This document shows, piece by piece, positions 25,958-38,168 of a stretch of 64,000 bases of DNA (position 1 is its first letter; each line of letters starts with the position of its first letter). Source of the stretch: Octopus vulgaris (Eukaryota); NCBI GenBank assembly GCA_951406725.2, contig OX597834.1:25482001-25546000 (forward strand), in the 5' to 3' direction. Position numbers and translations under genes: made by a program. The notes under the pieces were generated by a model. The model was not told the origin of the DNA. It saw nothing but the letters and a program-made list of their open reading frames with translations, and did no database searches.

Positions 25958-26877
25958 AAAACGACAATGGTCACAGTGAACCAGCCAATGCTAAGTATCA
26001 ACACAGTAACTTGACCTGGTAGAAATAGCAGTGAAATTGCCATCAAATCATACTATCATGTTAAAGAGATAAAAAAACCTGTTCAGTCCCTTATATATAA
26101 GAAGATAGTTACAGCTGGAATGTCTTTGGTCATATTGAGTACTTTATCAGGATTGAATGGTGAGGTTAAACAACAAAGGTCAGAATCTTAAGTGATCCAG
26201 CAAGAGGCACAGACATGTTGTTTTAATCAATACCAAATCCCTGGTTCCACACAGACACTGAACCCCTGGCTTGAAGATCAAATTGTTGCTTAATCCCAAG
26301 TCAACTCTAAACCAAAAGATTGATGATTAAAGCTATTTTATCTGTGACAACCCTCTTTTTTTTTTTAGACACACACACTATCTCAGATTATTTTATCTGA
26401 TGAGTCCTTTTTACAAACAACAGGTTGTTGTTTGAGAGATTTGGCTGCTATCTCTAGCAAGTTGAGCAACCATATAAAGACTCCATCACTGGTTTCTACA
26501 GGTTATGGTATTACTGTTTAGCTACAGGCCAGCTCTGACTTAAGACCAAAGATGTTCCAGTCACGACCAACTCTCTTTTTTTTCAGTAATATTTAGAACT
26601 ACATCAGCCAAAGGGTCAATCTTTTTTCTATTTTTTAAAGCTGTAATGTAAGGCAGATTTAGCAGCTATTTCTAACAAGTCAAGCAATGGCAACAGAACA
26701 GGCAACAGTTATACATACAGGTATAACCAGGGTAAAATACATCACAACTTATTAAATCCAACACTAATTAAGACAATATAACCTAAATGAGAATACAGCG
26801 CAATGTTTTGATGTCAAATTGCTGCAGATTTAATTACAAGTGCAGTGTACGATTACTATTGTGAAGTTGTTACTTAC

Positions 26878-26975
26878 GGGTGTGGTTTCAACTGTATATA
26901 GTTGTATGGAACATAACCCTCTGAGCCATATTGTTCAGCCTTGTACCACATTTTTTCTTCATCCATACTCAATAT
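26878..26975 (-). CDS. GRB2: GRB2/Drk/Sem-5-family adaptor, coding exon for the C-terminal half of the N-terminal SH3 domain (not in the ORF track)
   Basis: The reverse complement reads tttcag|ATATTGAGT...CCACACCC|gtaagt. It is 98 nt and translates ILSMDEEKMWYKAEQYGSEGYVPYNYIQLKPHP, matching GRB2 [33 protein letters not shown] with the same length and phases (0/2) as the vertebrate exon. Confidence 0.95.
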
Positions 26976-27947
26976 CTGAAAGTAAATAGAAAAATTATGT
27001 TGTGTGCGTACAGTATGTATTAACATATATTTCTGCTTCTAAAGAAGTAAAATCACAATTTTTAGCTCAGTATTCAAAATCACAGCAATTTTTAAGTAAA
27101 CAGAACCAGTTATCTAATTTAATAAATATCAACACACATCAATGCATATATGTCTTTTACTTGTTTACACATACGCATACACACACACATTAACATCAAA
27201 CAGTGAGAATAAGTGCTCAAAACCACATTGGTGGATAAATATTCTTTATTTGTGGGTTAATAAGGTTACCAATGGTTTCATGTGAAGAGATCTTCACAAT
27301 TGTTCAAGAGTGCCATCCAAAACAGAGACAAGTATCAACACTTCCATGTGGCACACTCAAACAATTATGAAGAATTATGTAAATATATGTATGTATATAC
27401 ACACACACACATATATATCCATGCATTTGGTTAAACAAACAGGAAAAGTACTTGCTACATGCAATCTTCCAAGTGATGTAAGCAATGTTTCATAGTGTAC
27501 CTAACCCTAATAAATCTAACAATCTACTGTGACATATACATACACACACACGCCAGTGTGTGGTGAGCTACAGAGGTACATACACTCTGTCCTCTCTCCT
27601 TTCATTCCAAAATAATTCTACACCTATCTAGGTTTTACTTAATGCCATTACAAAGGTTGTTGTTTGGTTCCATTTGAATCCTGAGCAAGATTTGATAAAA
27701 AACATTCCAATTATACCAATCTCATCTTTTTAGAACCATCTAAGACTGTATTATCTAATGTAAGCTTATAGTCATTAAAAAAGACACATTTGAAAATATA
27801 GTCTGAGATAGAACATGTCTCAAAAAAAAAATGGTTAATTACAATTGAAACAGCTTTGATTAAAGGTCTGGTCAACCAGCACAGAAACAGCAGACTTATT
27901 GATGAATTGATAAATAAATAAATAAAGATAGATAGATAGATGATATT

Positions 27948-28004
<57 letters not shown>

Positions 28005-28980
28005 TGTCTAAAAGAAGTTTAAGAGAGAGAGAGACTAATGTTGGAATAGCAACAACAACAATAATAGTAATAATAAAAGGTGAAGAATTTTCCACAGGTA
28101 TATTAGTGTGTCAATAGAATCCATGAATGTCAAAGAAGATCCAGGAATATTTGGTATGGGAGGCAGCAGTGGCAGCACAGCTCTTGAAATAAAAGGAACG
28201 ACAGAGAATGGTAGTAGTTAGCTGCCTTTCCTTTAAAGGACCAAAGTAGAGGTGTTAATAGACCACTTGGTGGAGGTGATGCATTTGGAGGGGGGGGGAG
28301 TGAGAGAATAAGAAAAAGCGTGGGAGGGTGAGAGTGGAAGAAAGCAAGGCTGAAAGGCCTATTAATAATGCAGAAGTGAGAGAATGAAGGCAACTATAAA
28401 TGCATGCATGTGTGTGATATTCATATGTATGTAGGCATGTATATACGCATGTACTTGACTGTACATCTATGTAGATAGGTATATGTATATATACACTCCC
28501 ATACACATATATGTTCCTAATTACCCCCTCTGTTTTTTACAGTTCTATATTTATGCTGCAAAAGAATTATTTTGGTACAGGAAGATAATTTCACTTCCAG
28601 GAATATATTCCTCGCAAAACAGTAAAAGAGGACATCTATTTTGATGGCACCTTCTATTTATTACAGAGAGGGAAGAGAGAGGTTTTCATCTACATCCCCC
28701 GCCTTGTAGCTTCAAAATAAATACCGCTACCACAGGTGGTGGTGCTAATAACAATAATAATAATAATAACAATAATAATAATAATCATAATCATTTAACG
28801 TCCGTTTTCCATGCTAGCATGGGTTAGATGGTTTTGACTGAGGGCTGGCAACCAGATGGCTGCACCAGGCTCCAGCCTTGATCTGGCAGAGTTTCTACAG
28901 CTGGATGCCCTTCCTAACGCCAACCACTCCAAGAGTGTAGTGGGTGCACTCTCGGAGTGGTTGGTGAACCCACTACACTC

Positions 28981-29011
<31 letters not shown>

Positions 29012-29338
29012 CAACAAAAATAGGAGTAATAATAATGATTTCAATTTTTGGCACAAGGCCAGTAATTTTGGGGGGAGGAGTAAGTTGATTATATTGATCC
29101 CAGTATTCAACTGGTGCTTATTTTATCAACCCTGAAAGGACAAAAAGCAAAGTCAACCTTGGTGGAATTTTAACTCGGAACATAAAGTTGGATGAAATAC
29201 TGCTAAGCATTTTGCCCGGCATACTAACAATTCTACCAGCTTGCCTTAATAATAACAATAATAATGATAATAATAATGATGGACTCTCCCACTGAAGATG
29301 ATGTATGAGCATTCAGCTTTTACCAAACAACCTGCACA

Positions 29339-29840
29339 GTGGAGGCGCATGGCTTAATGGTTAGGGTGTCAGCATCATAATCGTAAGATTGTGGTTTCAA
29401 ATCCTGGACCAGGCGACGCGTTGTGTTCTTGAGCAAAACACTTCATTTCATGTTGCTCCAGTCCACTCAGCTGGCAAAAATGAGTAACGCTGCGATGGAC
29501 GTGTGTTCCGTCCAGCTGGGGAACACATACGCCATTGAAACTGGGAAACCAGGCCCGTGAGCCTGGCTATGCTCTAAAAGGGTGCATTTATTTGTGGAGG
29601 CACGTGGCCTAGGAGTTAGAGCAGTGGACTCGCGGGTTCGAATCTCAGACCGGGCGGTGTGTATGTTTATGAGCAAAACACCTAAGCTCCACACGGCTCC
29701 GGCAGAAGGTAATGGCGAACTTCTGCTGACTCTCTCGCCACAACTTTCTCTCACTCTTTCCTCCTGCATCTTGCAGCCCACCTGCAATGGACCGGGAAGG
29801 AAACCGGCCCTTATGAGCCAGGCATGGCTTGAGAAGAAAC
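29339..29840 (+). mobile_element. Tandem pair of two different tRNA-headed SINEs (29339-29592 and 29593-29840)
   Basis: Two gtggaggc heads with A/B boxes; the pair is flanked by the direct repeat aaacaacctgcac. Confidence 0.8.
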
Positions 29841-30971
29841 AACCTGCACCAATGATTTGTTTAAAGTGATCAAATGTATATGCTGTACATTAGCTCACTC
29901 CCTCCATCAAATCAATGTTGCCTGAACAGGTGTACCACATGTCAGATGGTGAAGTTTTCACAGGGCAATGTGAGATGAAGTGCTTTACTCAAGAACAAAG
30001 AACACAACACACCAACCAGTTGGTCTAGGAATTGAAACCATGATCTCGCAATCAGGAGTGCAATACCCTAACCACTAGACTGTGCGTCCTCACAACAACA
30101 GAAACAAGAATAACAAAAATAACAATAATCAATTACCTCCACCTTCTCAAAATCTGTGACTTTGTACCAAAATTAGAAACACTCATTATTATAATTAAAA
30201 AGCTAAGATTAGTTAATTATTTAGTCTTTTACTGGTCTCAGTCTTTGGACAGCAGCCTTGCTTATGGCACCACCTTCAAAAGTTCAAGTCAAGCATAGTG
30301 TCTAGTATTTATTCCAGTTTGGTATTTAGTTTATCAATCTCTATCTGCCAGACTGTTAAGTTGCAAAATATAAAGAGACCAATACAACATTGGTACACAC
30401 ATATACACAGGTGAGAGAGATGCTCAAGGTAATAATTTCTTAGAGTTTGCAAGGCCAAAGAAAGAAGAATCAATTACAATGAACCCCAGTATAAAACTGG
30501 TACTTTATCAGCTCATAAAAAATGAAAGGCAAAGTTGACTAGTATGATTGGAACTCAGGAACAAATGCTTTAGCTAACTACCAAAAGGTATTGAGAGAGG
30601 GATTTAGTTGTTTATTAGACTGATACTATATTTTATTAACCCTGGAGGAATGAAAGGCAAAGGTTAGCCTTAGTGGGATTTGAACTCAAAACAAACAGCC
30701 GGAAGAAATACTGCAAAGTATTAATAACAAGAGCAATATTACAACACTGATTATAATAAATGATTTCAAATTTTGGCAAAGGCCGCAATTTCAGGTGAGG
30801 GGTAAATCAAATACATCGACCCCAGAACTCAACTGGTACTTATTTTATCAACCCTGAAAGGATAAAAGGCGAAGTCAACCCTTGTGGGTTTTTTTAGGAA
30901 TATAAAGACTGATGAAATGCTGCTAAGCATTTTGCTCAACATCAACTATTCTGCCAGCTTGTCGCCCTTAC

Positions 30972-31188
30972 ACTCTTTTACTTGTTTCAGTCATTTGACT
31001 GTGGCCATGCTGGAGCACCGCCTTTAATCGAGCAACTCGACCCCGGGACTTATTCTTTTTGTAAGCCCAGTACTTATTCTATCGGTCTCTTTTGCCGAAC
31101 TGCTAAGTGACCGGGGACATAAACACACCAGCATCGGTTGTCAAGCAATGCTAGGGGAACAAACACAGACACACAAACACATACACGC

Positions 31189-31221
<33 letters not shown>

Positions 31222-31387
31222 TACGACGGGCTTCTTTCAGTTTCCGTCTACCAAATCCACTCACAAGGCTTTGGTCGGCCCGAGGCTATAGGAGAAGACA
31301 CTTGCCCAAGGTGCCACGCAGTGGGACTGAACCCGGAACCATGTGGTTGGTAAACAAGCTACTTACCACACAGCCACTCCTGCGCCT
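30972..31387 (-). mobile_element. SINE family A (~420 bp; tRNA-like head, internal (TA)/(TG) tract, (TAAAAGAG)n tail)
   Basis: Full copy; near-identical to 35198, 36575, 37760, 43323, 49989, 57922 and 59797. Confidence 0.9.
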
Positions 31388-32347
31388 GATTATAATAATA
31401 AAATTATTAAATGGTTATCAATCCTAATTATACTGCAAGTAGTCATCAAGCCCTCAGTAGGAAAACAGAAGTGCATACACTTGTCAAACGTTTAGTGCTT
31501 GAGTTTATAGAGATGAGAAAGAAAAATGAGAAAGTAAAGGTGAGAAAGAGTAAAAGTAAGAGAGTAAAGATGAGATAGACAGAAAAAGAAAAGGTATGAG
31601 AAAGATTAAAGAAATAAATAAGGGGAGAGAGAGAATGAGAGGGTAGAGGAGAAGTAGGAGAAATAGGTAAGAAGGAATGAAACGGAGAGAGAAAGAATAA
31701 GGAGGAAGACAACCGAAAGAAATGGAATGAAAGAAAAGGAAAGAAGTGAAAAGTACAAGCCGAGTTCTTTGATTAATGTGAAATTATGAAGAAAATGTCC
31801 CCGGGGTGGGAACGATGATGAGGTGGAGGAGAGGAAGAAGTTATCAGAGCTCGGATTAATACACGTTGGCATCATTTTACAGTTGAGGCAACATATGGGT
31901 TGGCTTAGAGCAGCTCAAATACATACAGTTATACCATCATCAGGCAGAGTTAGCTGGATATCAGATGTCAAAAACGGAGGGGGGGGTGAGCGTAATGTGC
32001 AGCAGTGAACAGTGCAGCCTTCATATGGTGCACAACGCAAGCTAAAGGGAAAGTGGTGGGGAGGGAGAGTGTAGGTGTTGGGTGGGTGGGTGACTTGAAC
32101 ACATCAATTTAGAAAAACAAAGACCAGTGAACTGGTTTTTAATTTACCTAAACGTTAATAACAGAAGGCAGAACAAGTGGATGATGGAAGATTCAGTAGA
32201 GCATCCAACAACTTTGGCAATTCACAACACTGATTTTGTCATTCATCTTTTCAAGGTCAATAAGTATTAGCCGACAAGTAGGAGAGACTAGCGAATATTT
32301 AGAGGGGTTGTGCGGGGGAGAAAGCAGATCTATTTAACCAAATACCT

Positions 32348-32580
32348 ATTTCTTTACTACCCACAAGGGGCTAAACATAGAGGGGACAAACAAGGACAGA
32401 CAAAGGGATCAAGTCGATTATATCGAACCCAGTGCGTAACTGGTACTTAATTTATCGACCCCGAAAGGATGAAAGGCAAAGTCGACCTCAGCGGAATTTG
32501 AGCTCAGAACGTAGTGGCAGATGAAATACCGCAAAGCATTTCGCCCGGTGTGCTAACGTTTCTGCCAGCTCGCCGCCTTT
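32348..32580 (-). mobile_element. SINE family B, full length with 17-bp TSD
   Basis: TSD tatttaaccaaatacct at 32331-32347 and 32581-32597. Confidence 0.93.
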
Positions 32581-32837
32581 TATTTAACCAAATACCTTGT
32601 GGTGTTTGGTTATACAAATCATTTCTTTCTGTTGTCAAATTCCACCAGATTGCCTGTCATCCTTCGTAAATCAATGAAACAAATTCTGTGGTCAAAGCAA
32701 ACATGTACATCACGAGAGATGCTCCAGCAAGGCCACAGTTCAAAAACTGGAACCAGTCAAAGTAAACATACTACTGCAGCACTGTCTTCTTGATCAGTCA
32801 CATTTCAAAACTACATGTTGTTGTTACCTCAGGAGAT

Positions 32838-33052
32838 TTAAACGTTTAGCATTGACATTATTTTCTCAAATGTAATGCTTGCTTATTTGTCCACATTTTA
32901 AAAAATTAATCATGTATTATCTTGTAGCTTCAAGACTTTGAAGATGTTATTTATTTTTAGAATGACACTGTAGGGTAGGTGGGAGAGGCTGAATCTGGCC
33001 AGTTTGAACATAAAAGAGGTAGAACATTTGAGCCAGATAATGGCTGTTTTAA
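32838..33052 (-). mobile_element. TTAA MITE family 1, older copy
   Basis: Diverged body matching the reverse complement of the family; it ends at the TTAA shared with the next copy. Confidence 0.75.
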
Positions 33053-33277
33053 CCCTTTAGCATTTAAACCGGCCATATCCGGCCAAAAGTATTCTGCCTG
33101 TTTTATGTTCAAACTGGCCAGATCTGGTCTCTCACACCAACCCTACAATATCATTTTAAAAATTAACAGCTACCTCATCAAAATCTCATAGCTACAAGAT
33201 AATGCATGATTAGTTCAAAACAATGTGGATAAAAAAGCATTAGTTTTGGCAGAATAATGCGAACACTAAAGGGTTAA
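33049..33277 (+). mobile_element. TTAA MITE family 1
   Basis: TTAA-ccctttag ... ctaaaggg-TTAA, 229 bp. Confidence 0.9.
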
Positions 33278-33755
33278 AGCTGACACTATATCTGCCATCA
33301 CCTTTTATCAGAGGAAAAGAGACTTTTGTGTAATTAGCAACCAGATTCTACATAACCATCAAATTCTACCTCCCTACCATCTTAAAAATGGTTGAAGATG
33401 TTGGATGGAAACAATGCTAACAATAAGGAAATTTGACATAGATATAGATGTTCTAACCGAAAACAAAAGACTTGTAGATCATACCTAGTTGCTCAGGTGA
33501 CTACTTGCATGAAAGAGTAGCAAGATCAGTGTTGTCCAGGGGCTATACAACAAGTAATTAAAGATGCCAAATTTAATTAGAGACAAGATATAGAAGTTGG
33601 AGAACTCAAATTAGTTTGGCAGTTTTTAAAATTATTTTGACTGTGATCTTGTTTTACAAAACCATGTTAGTGCCCGTTTCCATTGACAGGGCATTGGTCA
33701 ACTGGTCAAGAAGTTAATGGTTTGTGATCATCACTGGTATCATACTATATCAAAG

Positions 33756-34138
33756 GTGGAGGCGCAATGGCCCAGTGGTTAGGGCAGCGGACTCGCGGTC
33801 GTAGGATCGCGGTTTCGATTCCCAGACCGGGCGTTGTGAGTGTTTATTGAGCAAAAACACCTAAAAGCTCCACGAGGCTCCGGCAGGGATGGTGGTGATC
33901 CCTGCTGTACTCTTTCACCACAACTTTCTCTCACTCTTACTTCCTGTTTCTGTTGTACCTGTATTTCAAAGGGCCGGCCTTGTCACTCTCTGTGTTACGC
34001 TGAATATCCTCGAGAACTACGTTAAGGGTGCACGTGTCTGTGGAATGCTCAGCCACGTACACGTTAATTTCACGAGCAGGCTGTTCCGTTGATCGGATCA
34101 ACCGGAACCCTCGTCGTCATAACCGACGGAGTGCTTCG
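33756..34138 (+). mobile_element. SINE family C (tRNA-derived) with 12-bp TSD
   Basis: Perfect TSD actatatcaaag at 33744-33755 and 34139-34150; CpG-rich, apparently young copy. Confidence 0.93.
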
Positions 34139-34745
34139 ACTATATCAAAGTCTAAGTAACTTTGCTCTCATCAGCCTGATTCACCTAGTTCTGAGTATGA
34201 GCCTGGTGCAGCCACCTGGCTTCCCAGACCCCGGTCGAACCGTCCAACCCATGCTAGCATGGAAAACGGACGTTAAACAATGATGATGATGATACAGAGA
34301 TGAGCTCTCAGTGGAAGCAGCATTAATACTAAATGGTAATATCTATCCCCACTCAAAATTGGATGTTGTGATAGAACACAGAATATTGTGATAGTTACCA
34401 TGAAAGTCTCACATGGACTCATGGTGCATTAAAGCACTCATGTTTATACTGCTAGTGTGAGATATTCCTCTGCCATCACCATTGAGACGACCAGATCATG
34501 TAATTTCAGCCTTCCCTGGCCTCATCAGTGGTAGATGTTCAAAAGCTGAGATAGCAGAGATTTCTCTGCAGTGATATACATATACAATCCAGTGCCTAAT
34601 CAGATACTAGTGTCACAAATAACCAGTGGGCTTATTAAAAAATATATGTATACACACACATGTATTCATTTGTTTTACTTCTAATTTTCCATGTCTGCAT
34701 GGGTTACAAGAACACATATAAAGTTTACCTCAAATTTCTACCTCT

Positions 34746-34962
34746 TTAACCCTTTAGTGTTCAGATTATTCTATCAAACATAATGCTTATTGATTTGAAT
34801 TAATCATGCATTATCTCATATCTTCAAGATCTTGATGGTGTAATTACTTCATGTAGAATAACATTGTAGGGTAGGTGTGAGGGCCTGGATCTGGTCAGTT
34901 TGAACATAAAACAGATTAAATATTTTGGCCGGATATGGCCGGTTTAAATACTAAAGGGTTAA
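34746..34962 (-). mobile_element. TTAA MITE family 1
   Basis: TTAA-ccctttag ... ctaaaggg-TTAA; same subfamily as 38784 and 39216, with a ~10-bp internal deletion. Confidence 0.9.
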
Positions 34963-35197
34963 ACCATAGATTCAAGTACTTCGATTAAAACACACGTGAC
35001 CATCTGTCTCATTCTCTCAGCAGTAACTTGTCGTTCACATCATCTGTTACAGTGCCACCATTCTCATCTTTGTCTACTCACATTCTCCCACTAGAACACC
35101 ACAAAACAGCCATTGCACTCCACTTCCATCACTAAGATGGAGTGGGTGAGGCACCACATAACAACCACATAAACTTTGCATAAACATAATATTCAAG

Positions 35198-35355
35198 TAG
35201 GAGTGGCTGTGTGGTAAGTAGCTTGTTTACCAACCACATGGTTCCGGGTTCAGTCCCACTGCATGGCACCTTGGGCAAGTGTCTTCTACTACAGCCTCGG
35301 GCCGACCAAAGCCTTGTGAGTGGATTTGGTAGACGGAAACTGAAAGAAGCCCGTC

Positions 35356-35398
<43 letters not shown>

Positions 35399-35740
35399 TT
35401 TTATATATAAAGAACGTGAAATACAGGAAGGGACAAACACGGAACACAGACAAATCATTCGAAGCCTTCAATCTTCAGTCAGACACCGAATCATCATCGC
35501 AAATTATATATATATATGCGTGTGTGTGTTTGTGTCTCTCGCAACATCGCTTGACAACCGATGCTGGTGTGTTTATGTCTCTGTAACTTAGCGGTTCGGC
35601 AAAAAGAGACCGATAGAATAAGTACTGGGCTTACAAAAGAATAAGTCCCGGGGTCGAGTTGCTCGATTAAAGGCGGTGCTCCAGCATGGCCGCAGTCAAA
35701 TGACTGAAACAAGTAAAAGAGTAGAGCGTAAAAGAGTAAG
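35198..35740 (+). mobile_element. SINE family A with ~110-bp foreign insert in its (TA)n tract
   Basis: The family A halves flank a non-family segment at ~35395-35505. Confidence 0.88.
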
Positions 35741-36574
35741 ACAAAGATGTGGGGGTGGCACAGGAGGAGGGGAATGTAACTGGTTCTAATTTGCTAACAT
35801 CAAATTAAAACTGTGCATGTGCGCATGCATGCACATGTGCATGTAGTGTGCAAAGTTACATCCAGCTACCCACTCCACCCTTACGCAACCAAATCCACTC
35901 CTTTACACCTTTGCGCCTCTAACATATCTAGATAGCCCACCCCTACACACCTACAGACCGCAAACAGATTTAGATGCCACCCCACTTCATTACTAAACAC
36001 CCATATACACAGATAAAATGTTATCGACTGATATCAGGAATTACTCAATTACAGGAAACTACCCACTCACCTCCTCTGTGTGTGTGTGTGTGTGTGTGTA
36101 ACAAAATATAAATACAGTTAAAATGAAGATAAAATTTATCTTCATTTTTACAGTTTGTGTGATGGTGTGTATACACACACACACACACACATACACACAT
36201 AGGTATATATATGTGTGGTAAGCTTACTTCTCAATCACATGGTTCCAGGTTCAATTTCACTGTGTAGCACCTGGGGCAAGTGTTTTCTACTATAGCTCTG
36301 GCCAAACCAAAGCCTTGTAAGTGAATTTGGTAAATGGAAACTGAAAGAAGTCTGTCATGTATGTGTATATATATACCTATGTGTGTGCTTGTCCCCCAGA
36401 ACCACTTGACAATTGGTGTTGGTTTGTTTACACCCCCATAACTGAGTGGTCTGGCAAAGAAGACTAACAGAATAACTACCTGGAATTGTCAACTAAACTC
36501 ATAGTAGTGTCCCAATGTGGCTGCAGTTTAATGACTAAAACAAGTAGAAAAAAAATAATAAAGACAAATAAAGA

Positions 36575-36960
36575 CAGGAGTGGCTGTGTGGTAAGTAGCT
36601 TGCTTACTAACCACATGGTTCCAGGTTCAGTCCACTGCGTGGCGTCTTGGGCAAGTGTCTTCTACTATAGCCTCGGGCCGACCAAAGCCTTGTGAGTGGA
36701 TTTAGTAGACGGAAACTGAAAGAAGCCCGTCGTATATATGTATATATGTGTGTGTGTGTGTGTGTCTGCGTTTGTCCCCCTAGCATTGCTTGATAACCGA
36801 TGCTGGTGTGTTTATGTCCCCGTTACTTAGCGGTTCGGCAAAAGAGACCGATAGAATAAGTACTGGGCTTACAAAAGAATAAGTCCCGGGGTCGAGTTGC
36901 TCGATTAAAGGCGGTACTCCAGCATGGCCGCAGTCAAATGACTGAAACAAGTAAAAGAGC
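36575..36960 (+). mobile_element. SINE family A
   Basis: Full copy; preceded by an older degenerate copy at ~36213-36550. Confidence 0.9.
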
Positions 36961-37759
36961 AAAGGGAAAAGAGAGAGAGTATACAAACACACTTTACTTG
37001 TTTCAGTCATTAGACTACAGCTTGAAAAATTTTACCCAAATAAATCAACCCCAGTACTTATTTTTTTAAAGCCTTGTACTTATTCTATTGATCTCTTTTG
37101 CCAAACTGCTAAGTTACAGAGATGTAAACACACAAACACCAGTTGTCAAGCAGTGGTGGGAGACAAACACAAAGACACATACATAAATATTATATATCAT
37201 CATCATGGAGCCTGGTACAGCCTTCTGGCTTCCTAGATCCCCGGTCGAACCGTCCAACCCATGCTAGCATGGAGAACGGACGTTAAACGATGATGATGAT
37301 AATGATTTAGCATGTGTCTTCCATGCTGGCAAGAACTGAAGAATTTGGCAGGGACTGGCAAGCCAGGGAGCAGCACCAGGCTTGGTTTCTACAGCTGGAT
37401 GCCCTTCCTAATGTCAACCACTTTAGAGTGTACTGGATGCTTTTTTTATGTGGTACCAACACTGCTACTTTTTACCATAAATATTATATGACTTTTCATA
37501 TGGAATTTTTGCATGAATTGGCATTGAAAATAGAGTTAGTACATAAACAATTGTAACTGGTCATTAAAGATGTGATTAACTGTCTTCCTATCTGGATTGT
37601 ATTTTTCTCTAACCATGTGGTTGAGAAGCTTGTTACCAAACTTCTTACCACACACCCACACAAATAAATATATATATATTCAAACATGTACATATATAGA
37701 TACATATATACATTTTACATACACATATACACATATATTTATACAAATACATACACATA

Positions 37760-38168
37760 TACTCTTTTACTCTTATTTGTTTCAGTCATTTGACTGCGGC
37801 CATGCAGGAGCACCACCTTTAATCGAGCAACTCGACCCCGGGACTTATTCTTTTTGTAAGCCCAGTACTTATTCTATCGGTCTCTTTTTGCCGAACCGCT
37901 AAGTAACGGGGACATAAACACACCAGCATCGGTTGTTAAGCAATGCTAGGGGGACAAACACAGACACACAAACACACACACACGTATATATATATATATA
38001 CATATATACGACGGGATTCTTTCAGGTTCCGTCTACCAAATCCACTCACAAGGCTTTGGTCGGCCCGAGGCTATAGTAGAAGACACTTGCCCAAGGTGCC
38101 ACGCAGTGGGACTGAACCCAGAACCATGTGGTTGGTAAACAAGCTACTTACCACACAGCCACTCCTGC
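37760..38168 (-). mobile_element. SINE family A
   Basis: Reverse complement of 36575-36960. Confidence 0.9.

Noticed and set aside
31500-31760. Long purine-rich (GA) tract giving a hydrophobic F/L/S ORF on the minus strand
   Set aside because: Low-complexity sequence; the apparent membrane-protein ORF is a compositional artefact.
33756-33830. tRNA-like sequence with A and B boxes (also at 57261, 53262, 24147, 29339, 49395-49457)
   Set aside because: These are SINE heads continuing into repeat bodies with TSDs; there is no proper acceptor stem, so they are not called tRNA genes.
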